Origin: a virus
Taxonomy: Duplodnaviria > Caudoviricetes
Virus record (IMG/VR): IMGVR_UViG_3300029821_000151
Location: 1 to 38,415 of that record
DNA length: 38,415 nt
Direction: 5' to 3' (one strand)
How positions within the stretch are numbered: the stretch's first letter is position 1; each line of letters opens with the position of its first letter. Shown piece by piece: positions 17,565-26,600 of the stretch. Both the position numbers and the translations under genes were made by a program. The notes below the pieces were generated by a model. It ran no database searches, was not told the origin of the DNA, and saw only the letters and a program-made list of their open reading frames with translations.

Positions 17565-18155
17565 GTGTTGATTCTATTGAAACCACTAAACAAAAAAATG
17601 GATTTTAATATTGGACAATACAAAGTAAAGTTTAACAACGAATTTAAACGAAAGATTGAAATAAAAGAATCGCCTACTTCCCAGTTTGATATTCTTGAGA
17701 TTGGTTCTATAGAATATAGTGGAGTGTCTATTGTTTTAGCACTTAGAAAAGACACTGAGGATAAGGCAATAGTACCTTTTATAGCTGAAACAAAAATGCC
17801 AAACGGAGAGTTTATTATAATGTTTGATTATGAGTGTTATACAAACTTTAATCAACAAATATACAGATGTTATCTTGCTCATGAGTTAGGGCATATTATA
17901 AGTGAACTGAATAAAAATGTATTTCCGTATCAAACATTTGAAGAAAAAGAAAAAGAAGTACTAGAGAAAAAGTTAAATGCTAATGAAAATTTTGCAGATA
18001 TAGAAGCATTGAAATTGATTGGAAATAAAAACACTTATATAAAATCGTTGGAGTATTTGATTGAAAGAATCTCTGATTTTAATGATGAAGAAGATTTGAG
18101 ATTAAAATTAACTATGACTGAATCAATCAAACTCAGAATCAGGGCTTTAAAATAA
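17565..18155 (+). CDS. Putative zinc metallopeptidase (HExxH; M48/ImmA-IrrE-like), moron
   Basis: YLAHELGHI plus downstream ENFADIEAL. AT-rich. Exact start uncertain. Confidence 0.65.
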   Translation: MLILLKPLNKKMDFNIGQYKVKFNNEFKRKIEIKESPTSQFDILEIGSIEYSGVSIVLALRKDTEDKAIVPFIAETKMPNGEFIIMFDYECYTNFNQQIYRCYLAHELGHIISELNKNVFPYQTFEEKEKEVLEKKLNANENFADIEALKLIGNKNTYIKSLEYLIERISDFNDEEDLRLKLTMTESIKLRIRALK

Positions 18156-18245
18156 TGCCCCCCCCTAATATGAATTGTTTATTTGCGATGGGTACCGTAC
18201 AGGGTGGCAATTAAAAAATGCAAGGCTATTTTTTTGAAAATCGTG
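18156..18245. other. Candidate cos/packaging-site region
   Basis: C-run (18158-18165), GGTACC palindrome and G-rich GGGTGGC, then A/T tracts, lying between HNH and terS where cos usually sits in HNH-dependent cos phages. Inference. Confidence 0.45.
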
Positions 18246-18293
18246 GTTTTTGAACTGGTAATATAAAAGTAGACACCCCTAACATAATTATAG

Positions 18294-18614
18294 AGCCTTA
18301 ATATTGAAATCGAGCGACTTCGGTCGCTTTTTTCATCGGTTGATGAAACTAAAACACAACTCCTCGATAACCTTATCGAACAAGCAGCATTCATGAAAGT
18401 AGAACTTGGAATACTTCAAGAACAAATCAGAAAGCATGGTGCAGTTCAAGTCTCAAGTAAAGGTGCTCAAAGACAGAAAGAAGCTGCTAAATATTTTTCT
18501 AAACTCATTAATTCATATGGGATAGTCAACAAAACACTGAATACAATCATGGGTAAGAATGTTATTGATGGTGATGATGCATTTGACGAGTTTCTCTAGA
18601 AAGCAAACACCTGA
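18294..18614 (+). pseudogene. Terminase small subunit remnant
   Basis: Frame open from 18294 (IEIERLRSLFSSVDETKTQLLDNLIEQAAFMKVEL...DDAFDEFL) with no start codon or RBS at the 5' end. TAG at 18597-18599 lies five codons before a TGA (18612-18614) that overlaps the next ATG. Confidence 0.7.
18313..18333 (+). terminator. C(UUCG)G tetraloop terminator-like hairpin inside the terS frame
   Basis: AGCGAC-TTCG-GTCGCT followed by TTTTT. Confidence 0.6.
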
Positions 18615-18652
18615 TGAAATACCTAATTGAATATCACCGCCACTTAGAGTCT
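18614..18652 (+). pseudogene. 5' stub of terminase large subunit
   Basis: TGATG coupling to terS. MKYLIEYHRHLES resembles TerL N-termini; the frame then runs into unrelated sequence and stops at 18757. Confidence 0.5.
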
Positions 18653-18682
18653 ATCGCGTTGTTATGCTCAAATAAAATTATT

Positions 18683-18726
18683 AAACCACAATATATCGAT
18701 AATGATATGTCGTGGTTTGTTTTTTT
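18683..18726. terminator. Hairpin/terminator at the left cargo junction
   Basis: AAACCAC...GTGGTTT stem with inner ATATC/GATAT pairing and a T-tract, between convergent units. Confidence 0.5.
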
Positions 18727-18903
18727 GAATATAACTAGTCTTGGTTATACAAAATAAGCAAAGATTATTTTGGATGATCGAGTTGTAAATGACGATGGAT
18801 TGCTCAGTTTTAAATTAAGATATGCATGTGTCTGTTTTTATACGATAATCACATTTTTTAAATACATTTTTTCATAAAATAAACATTGTTATAAAACCCC
18901 GGA

Positions 18904-20553
18904 TTAATCCTCTTTTTTTACATCATTCCATGCTCTACCGAATAATTCATTACCCCCAGGTGATAATTTCAGCACCTTAGAATCATTTAATATAGATTGC
19001 ATTTTCTTAGAGTACGTTGTATCTCTATCAAAAGCAATAAATATCTGTTTTGAGCTAGTACTATAAAGTTCAATAAGTTTCTCTAAAGTCTCATCTTCAA
19101 TGTGTTTAAGGATAATAGTATCATGTACAACAGCTGGAAGCTTCGTATTATTCAACATAACTAAATCGAATATAACCAAACCTCTACACAAAGATCCAGT
19201 ACCAGTATCATTTGGAGTAAAGAAGTGGTAGTGACTAGAATCAGCAATCTCAATAGTAGGAGCAGTTTTCTCGCCATTATATAGTCTATCAGTGTAGTTT
19301 TTCATTAGTGAATTAAGTGTATTTTCAATTGAAATCATAGTTGATTTGAGTAACTCGTCATACTTATCTTTTTCTGATTTCAAATTATCCTTTAATTTGG
19401 CGTGCTCAGAGAAGTTTTTGTTTGCTTCTTTAAGCACTTCAATTTTTTTTGTAATATCAGCATATTTCAATAAAATTGCTTTTGAAATAGTTGGAGCAGT
19501 TTTTAAATGATTGGCTTTTGACTCTAATGAAGATATTTTTTCTTTAACAATGGATAGAAGTAGATTGATTTCATCTTCACTTTGCTTAAATTCTTTCTTT
19601 AGAATATTGGCAAGCTTTAAGTGAAATGCCTCTACTTTATCTAATTCTTCATAATTCGCATTTGGAAAATACTCTTTCAATGAATCATAGGAATGCTTAA
19701 AATTTTTATTCGTATATTTACTATCATCTTCATAGGAACCTAGTTGTGAATTAAGCTGAGTTCTTTGTCGTCTCAAACTGCTTAATTGCTTTTTGATTTC
19801 CGCCAATTCTTGAGCTTGAAATGAATCAAGGTCAGATAATCCACGTTGTGTTTCAATAGTGAGTTGATATAGTTCGGTTTCTAACTTTTCAATATCCTTA
19901 TTATTTTCCTTAAATGCTGTATTGTTTGGAGCTGCTTTAATTTGGTTAAAAGATTTAGCCTTTTTAAAAGCAGATTCTTTCTCTTGGGTTTTATTTTTAA
20001 TATGCTCTTGCTCACTAATTTGATGGTACTTATTAAACATTTTGATCAAAGCCACTATACCTGCGTTGACGTTTTCTTGTGTTGCTGATCTTAACGGAAA
20101 TTTTTCATTGGTAGTTTCACGATGATATATTCTAAAGAATCGACCAACAAAGTCTCGTAGCGATATACCATTATCTCTAAAACCATATCGATTGGCTAAT
20201 GCCTTATTGTATTCATTAAGAGGAATAATCTTAACTACATTGAAATTAGAGTCACACATATTTATGAACGAAGGATTGTCTGTTGAACGAGAGAAGTATA
20301 GCGATTCTCTATCAAATTCAAATTCGAACTTTATAGTGTGATGACCAATATTGTCAACAGTATCTTTTGTATCCTTACTTAGATAATCAGTACCACCAAA
20401 AACGAAATCAATAATCATTAAAAAAGTGGATTTACCTATTGAATTTTTTGCATCAGGACTTCCCAAAACAGTATTTAAACCAGAGTGAAAAACTATGGGT
20501 TCTCTAATCGATCCATTAGAAAGAAACTTATCACAACTAATTCTTTTTAACAA
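18904..20553 (-). CDS. SMC-like ABC ATPase (DUF2326-type) of a Lamassu/ABC-three-component defence system (LmuB-like)
   Basis: FHSGLNTVLG...NSIGKSTF (Walker A), long coiled coil, DTGTGS signature-like motif, AVVHDT Walker B variant, KQIFIAFD. Confidence 0.85.
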   Translation of the reverse strand: MLKRISCDKFLSNGSIREPIVFHSGLNTVLGSPDAKNSIGKSTFLMIIDFVFGGTDYLSKDTKDTVDNIGHHTIKFEFEFDRESLYFSRSTDNPSFINMCDSNFNVVKIIPLNEYNKALANRYGFRDNGISLRDFVGRFFRIYHRETTNEKFPLRSATQENVNAGIVALIKMFNKYHQISEQEHIKNKTQEKESAFKKAKSFNQIKAAPNNTAFKENNKDIEKLETELYQLTIETQRGLSDLDSFQAQELAEIKKQLSSLRRQRTQLNSQLGSYEDDSKYTNKNFKHSYDSLKEYFPNANYEELDKVEAFHLKLANILKKEFKQSEDEINLLLSIVKEKISSLESKANHLKTAPTISKAILLKYADITKKIEVLKEANKNFSEHAKLKDNLKSEKDKYDELLKSTMISIENTLNSLMKNYTDRLYNGEKTAPTIEIADSSHYHFFTPNDTGTGSLCRGLVIFDLVMLNNTKLPAVVHDTIILKHIEDETLEKLIELYSTSSKQIFIAFDRDTTYSKKMQSILNDSKVLKLSPGGNELFGRAWNDVKKED

Positions 20554-20767
20554 AATGTACTACCTCCTCATCGATGAGTATAATTCCTCCTAATGCATAC
20601 AAACAACTCAAAATATCTATGAGTTCATTGATATCAGTTAACTTACTTTTTAATCGTATAAATAATTGTTCAGGTGTCAAATCCTCTAATATGAGTTCCT
20701 TTATTATCAAAGGAAATTTGGATAGAATACTATCATTATATGAGGTTACTTTACTCGGAAATCTCAT
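20537..20767 (-). CDS. ABC-three-component middle component (LmuC-like)
   Basis: 76 aa MRFPSKVTSYNDSILSKFPLII...LIDILSCLYALGGI; RBS GAGGT; overlaps both neighbours. Confidence 0.8.
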   Translation of the reverse strand: MRFPSKVTSYNDSILSKFPLIIKELILEDLTPEQLFIRLKSKLTDINELIDILSCLYALGGIILIDEEVVHFVKKN

Positions 20768-21950
20768 GGAATACCTCGCAATTTTGCACAAAGAATGCAA
20801 TCATAATATTAACGACTGATATCATATCGAGTGAATACCCAAGATCGTCAGCCATCCACAGTGATAACCTGTTGAAGATTTCTTGTTGATTCATCAATTC
20901 TAGAGCGTCCAAACTTTCAAAGGCTGTGCTAACCTGATTAGCTATAACCTTGAATCTTGTTTTTCCTGAAGAATCGAGATTGGAAAATTGCTGTTCTATA
21001 AATTTGTAGTACTTAAGAACCCAGTGGGTAACGTCATCTCTAAGTATAACATCATCAGTTATTTTGTCTTTAATCTCCTTAGGGTCAAGTGGAAGCAGCC
21101 CAGCCGCTTTATCGCTACTCAAATTACCTAAATCATTAATTATTTTCTCGATAGATTTTTCAACATCTATTCTGCTTAATGCAGCATCAATCTCTGAATT
21201 TCTTTCAAAAGACTGTTTTTTTGATATCAACCTTTGGTATGTATCGTGTGTTGGGTTTGCTCTATAATCGCTATAACAACTAAGACAAAGTGCGATTCTA
21301 TTATCCTTTGTATCAATAGAACTAGGTGCTGGATGGACAGATTCTAGTTCTTTTTTTGTTTCATCGTCAAATTCTTCATCATAAACCTTTGTAATACCGT
21401 AGAAAGCATTTCTGCGACCTCTGATATTACGAACTAAATCGTTACCACATAATGGGCAATGATTGTTAGCTTCACTAAGGTAAGGGATTTCTTCGTATGT
21501 TGTATCTATTGAATCATTTGTGTTTGTCATCCCTACGACATGTATAAGTGCATTTGCAAGAAAAGTTGCTCTGTCATCATTTAAATATGAGTGGTTTAAT
21601 AAATTCTTGTTGTCTGTATGTAAATTGGGCTCATTATTTATCAATGTTATTAATCTATGACAGGCATTGTCAATGGTTATTGGGTTAAAATCCCGTGCAA
21701 CATAAGTTTGAAAACCAGAAATTACATTCAATACAATACTTGAATCACTTATAGCTCTTACTATTTCGACTGGTACTTCATTAATGTGTTTGCATAGTCT
21801 ACTGATTTTTGTATCATCAAAATCTATTCTTGGGGATAATAAACTACCTATTTCTCCCAGTAGTAACATACCTGCAGGACCTTGTCCACTAGAAGATACT
21901 AATCCTTTTTTAACGATAGTGATGTACTCAGCTATGTTATATCTATCCAT
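20751..21950 (-). CDS. Lamassu/ABC-3C effector (LmuA-like): N-terminal helical domain, HNH-like Zn-binding domain, C-terminal ABC-3C domain
   Basis: CPLCG...NRIALCLSC, and a C-terminus ending IAFFVQNCEVF typical of ABC-3C CTDs. First gene of the three-gene operon. Confidence 0.8.
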   Translation of the reverse strand: MDRYNIAEYITIVKKGLVSSSGQGPAGMLLLGEIGSLLSPRIDFDDTKISRLCKHINEVPVEIVRAISDSSIVLNVISGFQTYVARDFNPITIDNACHRLITLINNEPNLHTDNKNLLNHSYLNDDRATFLANALIHVVGMTNTNDSIDTTYEEIPYLSEANNHCPLCGNDLVRNIRGRRNAFYGITKVYDEEFDDETKKELESVHPAPSSIDTKDNRIALCLSCYSDYRANPTHDTYQRLISKKQSFERNSEIDAALSRIDVEKSIEKIINDLGNLSSDKAAGLLPLDPKEIKDKITDDVILRDDVTHWVLKYYKFIEQQFSNLDSSGKTRFKVIANQVSTAFESLDALELMNQQEIFNRLSLWMADDLGYSLDMISVVNIMIAFFVQNCEVFHEISE

Positions 21951-22281
21951 TTTTGCCCCCCGTTTGAGATGAAAAATTTCTACAAAAAAACTGCAAAAAA
22001 GCTACCATTACTTATTTAAACCAATATTTTAGAATATAAGTGTCAAAACCAGATGGTAGTTTTCAATTTATTCTTTATTTTGAGACTTATTTTAACACAA
22101 AACTTGATAAATCACAATATTGATAAGTTGTGAATCCGATAATATCTAAATGAACACTTCATTATGAATGCAATTCTCATTATTTTGAGAAGTAAATATC
22201 TAGTTTTACAGTTCGTATAAGATTTATAAAGGGTCACTTTTGAAAACTCAGTCAAAGGAATGAAAAAAGGAGGTGGTATAG

Positions 22282-22680
22282 ATGAAAGAAGAAACAGAAA
22301 CACATAAAACAAATCAACTCAATGAATTCGAAAAGGACAAGATTAAAAGTTTAAATCAATTTTTCATGAAAAGTATTACACATGGGTTATTATTTGCTTT
22401 TCTACTCTTTATTATTACAGTTGTTTTGTTGTTATTCACAATTATTGCAACCGACATGGATTCGTCTGTAAAGATTACGATTATTTCTATGGTTGCAACA
22501 TTTGTTTTAACTAGTAGTAAAACACTTATGGATCGAACAGTTGAGATTATTACTTATACCGTTCGACTTCTAGGAGAAGAACAACGAGGATTCAATAAGA
22601 AGATTGGAATTGATATTGATCCTGTTGAGTTTGAAGAGTTGTCGGATGACAACAACAAGGAGGAAAAGAAAAATGCATAA
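22282..22680 (+). CDS. Hypothetical two-TM membrane protein
   Basis: RBS AGGAGGT; two hydrophobic helices and an acidic tail. Confidence 0.75.
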   Translation: MKEETETHKTNQLNEFEKDKIKSLNQFFMKSITHGLLFAFLLFIITVVLLLFTIIATDMDSSVKITIISMVATFVLTSSKTLMDRTVEIITYTVRLLGEEQRGFNKKIGIDIDPVEFEELSDDNNKEEKKNA

Positions 22681-22715
22681 AAACTTATTTCCACCATAAC
22701 GAAAGGAAAATCTCT

Positions 22716-23600
22716 ATGACAAATAGAATAGCTATCACGGATAAAACAATCTACAGATCAATTAAGTTTCTCTTCAAATATTTAAAGTATGATATGTTTC
22801 ACGAAATATATAAAAAACTTTGGTTTGATCAAGATACTGCTAAAGATAGTAGAGAAAAAGATATTTTAGCGTATATCAAAAGTCTTAAGTATTTGATGAA
22901 TAACCTGAGTTCAGGAATCAATCCTGATTTAATTAAAGATAGTTACTTCCTATTAACTGGAGCAAAACTCAGTGAAAAGAAAGTTGAAAAGATACTTGTG
23001 TCCTATTACTCAAACAATGAGGAATCAGGTCATATCTGTGCAACGATGATACATAAAGCTATCTATGAATCAATTAAAATCAAAAAAATTCAATACGCGA
23101 TGTTGCTTACCAATTATGTGTTACTTCGAAATGGTTATGCCATCATCACAATATTTCAAAGCGAAATCGAAAAATATCGACATGCAATTAGAAACCTTGA
23201 AACCGACTGGACTTATCTTTATGGCTTTATCGTTGCTAATGAACTTTATATTAGAAATGCCGATTTAAAGATTCAAGATACTCCACTTAGATATACAAAA
23301 GATTCATTTATATCTGAGATAATCAAACACAAAAACAGATTGATCCATGATTTTAGAATCCAAAATATCTACTTATATGGATCTTTATCAAGAAACCAAA
23401 ACAATCTATCTAGTGATGTTGACATGTTGATTATCATGGATGAAAAGCATTTAGAATACTTTGAAAAAGTGCAATTAATAGCATCATGTAAAAAGTATTT
23501 AGAGAAGAATTTAGAAATAAGAATTGATCTAATCGATATTAGGTCAGCAATTAAGTTGTTTGGTACTAGAGGTATCGGACAAGCAATCAAAATTTATTAA
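22716..23600 (+). CDS. Degenerate Fic-fold domain fused to an MNT-type nucleotidyltransferase
   Basis: C-terminal IYLYGSLSRNQNNLSSDVDMLII...RIDLI (GS-x10-DxD). N-terminal helices resemble Fic (DLIKDSYFLL; AMLLTNYVLLRNGY) without HPFxxGNGR. Confidence 0.75.
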   Translation: MTNRIAITDKTIYRSIKFLFKYLKYDMFHEIYKKLWFDQDTAKDSREKDILAYIKSLKYLMNNLSSGINPDLIKDSYFLLTGAKLSEKKVEKILVSYYSNNEESGHICATMIHKAIYESIKIKKIQYAMLLTNYVLLRNGYAIITIFQSEIEKYRHAIRNLETDWTYLYGFIVANELYIRNADLKIQDTPLRYTKDSFISEIIKHKNRLIHDFRIQNIYLYGSLSRNQNNLSSDVDMLIIMDEKHLEYFEKVQLIASCKKYLEKNLEIRIDLIDIRSAIKLFGTRGIGQAIKIY

Positions 23601-23616
23601 TAAGGAGAAAATAAAA

Positions 23617-26600
23617 ATGATAAAAAGAATTACAAATAAACAAGGTGTTAGTGTTCAAAGTACATATGTGATACAAGGTAACACAACACCTAAGGGTATT
23701 GATGAAACCTATCTGGCAACAGGTAGCAATCAACACATACTCATGAAATTTAGCGGACTCAATTTGAGTCAATTAGAGAGAATTGGTAGGGCTGTACTTA
23801 GACTGGTTGTAACTCAAGATACAACAATTATGCCTAATCCAACTGAGAAAACGGCGTTTTATGTTCATCGAAACATATCGGATTTCAATCCGACTAGTGT
23901 TGTTTGGACATCCAAACCATCACTTGCATCGTCTTTTGAGGCAGGCTTCTTAGTTCCTGTTACACAAGTAGCTGCTGGTTGGATGCCAGAGGATCCGTCG
24001 CAATTCCCATACACAGTAGTCGAACTCGATTTAACAGGCATCTTAAATTACTGGAAGAAAAACAATATATCATTCCATGGCATTACAATCTCAAAATCAT
24101 CACCAGGTGTGATTATTAATCCTTCAAAGACAGAAGTAACAGGAATCAATGAATACTTCATTATGGAAGAATCAAAATTACAAGGCTTAGAACCTTTATT
24201 AAGCCATACACCAGTTGAATGTGGATTTCCAGGAGTTGGTTATGTAAATGACTTAACGGGTGAACTCGTTTTTCAAACTGTGAGTTTACGAACATCATCC
24301 AAGAATGCACCTATTTCGTTTACTGCATTTAGACATAACAGGTCAATTCCTGAAACATCTAAGACTTGGTTTTTGGGGTCTAAATTTAGTGCAAGTTTTG
24401 AGTATGCAATCATTATGGAAACAGATTTTGCACAATTAATTCAACCAAATGGTAGTGAGTCAATTTTTACCAAAATGACAAAACTTGAAGCCGAAAGATA
24501 TGGTGTTTTTGTTACTGAAAGTGATGTATATGTGGATTTATCAAGTTATGCATATGCTACAAACAGTGGCACAGCAATTGTGATTAGATATCCGGATAAT
24601 ACAAAAATTGAACTCAATCTGCACAAGATTCAAAAGATTACTATGCCATCCGGGGATACGATTACATATTACTGGAACGCTGCACAAGATAGGCTGTTAT
24701 ATATGATCAACTCTGATGGTGAAAGAGTGAATATTTATTACAACAGCTATGGGAAAATATCTGAAATTGATTTTGTGAGTGAACAAAGATTGTTTAAGTT
24801 CACATACGATTCAACTCGAACTGAAGTAACCTCTATCATATTACAAAAATGGATTTTGGATCCAGGATCTTCGTCAGGAGATAGAATCTATATTGAACTT
24901 GAAAAAGCCACGTTTACTAAGAGTGAGCCTTACTATACAGTAGTCGATGTTAAAAATGATGATAGAACAGAGTTTCAACTAGCTGACGAAAAAGTATATT
25001 CAGTTGTGAATAAGAAGCATGCGTCAGGTGAAATTTTAAATCAAGTTCAATTTTCTAGAGAGTTAGGTAAAACAGTCATTGAAGACTTCTTAGGAAACAA
25101 GCAATACTTATACTTTGACGACTATGGTCAAGTGAAACACAAGATTGATGATCAAGGTAAATCAATGAAAGCTGAATATGAACTCGTTGGACTAGATGGA
25201 ACTACTAGAAGAGTTACTAGCAAATCAGAAATTCAAGCAAACAGAAACAACCTTATTGTAGATTTTAGTTTTGATAATCAAATTGGGGAATATAAGACTA
25301 CGACAAAAGGGTGGAAGAAAAACTCTGATACGAACAATATTGTAAAAACCATGTTTGGTGGTGTGTTTGGAAATAAGTGTCTTCTTGTAAGAAAAACTGG
25401 TTCAGGTCAAACACGAATTACACAACTCATTAGCGTAAATCCAGGTAGTTACTCATTCATTGGTTTTGAAAAGAGAATTAACATTTCTGGTAACCCAGTT
25501 ATTAAGGCAAATATCACTTACACAATTTTAAGACTTGCTCAAGGTTCTGAAACAGGTATCTTGGATGGGTCAGGAAACTCATGGGTTAGTGATACAGTGA
25601 CTACATCTGTATCCACATCTGCATTAACAGGAACCACTAATAAATGGCAAAAATTTGTATTACCCACAATCATCATCCCAACAGGTGCAACAAACTCAAC
25701 GATTGAGCTAGAAATTTTCGCTTCACACACATCAGGTGATCTATTACTTGATGATTTCCAACTTGCAGCAAGTGAACATGCAGTCAATTTCAATCTAATT
25801 CCAAACGGATACTTTGAAGAAAATGTCGGTGCAATACCAACAGAATGGACTGGAGAAAACCTTGATTCTTATGATAAAATTGTGGATTCTAGTTTAGATT
25901 TTCCGTATCACATATTTGTGGGAACAAGAACAATGAGATTTACTGGTGACTTCACAAAGACCAAGAAGTTATTTAAAACATTTGAAGTTAAGGGTACGGT
26001 AGGAGACGAGCTTGTTTTTTCAGGATGGTTTAGAGGAAAAGTCTTAACAAATGAAGAGGCTAAAGTTGTCGTAGCATTTATTAATGAATCTATTGTTACA
26101 GATACGCATACAGTTTTATTGCAACCTAATGATTCTGGTTGGCAAAATATCAGTCGAGGATTTGTTGCAAAAAACGATTTTACACAAATTAAAGTGTCGG
26201 TTGAATATCGAGGTTTTAATGTGCTGTTGTTTGATGCATTGCAACTCTATGTAAACAGCTATGAATCATATTATGCTTACGATGATTTAGGTAACATTAT
26301 GGATCAATCATCTGCTAAAGCATCAAGTGAAACTATTAGTAATGCACTTGGACAAACCGTTCAATCATCCAATAAACAAGGTGAAGTCTATCGTTACAAA
26401 TACGATAACAAAGGACATATGACTGAGGTTAAAGATAATAAGGGCAATAAGGTCGTACATGTTTATGATTCTAAAGGAAACCCGATAACCATGGAGTTGA
26501 ATTCATCACTTGGAAAGGTGTCACATTCAAAAACATTTAACACGAAAAATCAACTGGTTAAATCGACAGATGAGTTTGGTCGTGAATCAATTAATCTATA

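Noticed and set aside
18253-18261. AACTGGTAA matching the reverse complement of part of the 31236/31321 repeat, as possible terminal inverted repeats
   Set aside because: Only 9 bp in AT-rich DNA and about 390 bp from the apparent terL breakpoint; compatible with chance.
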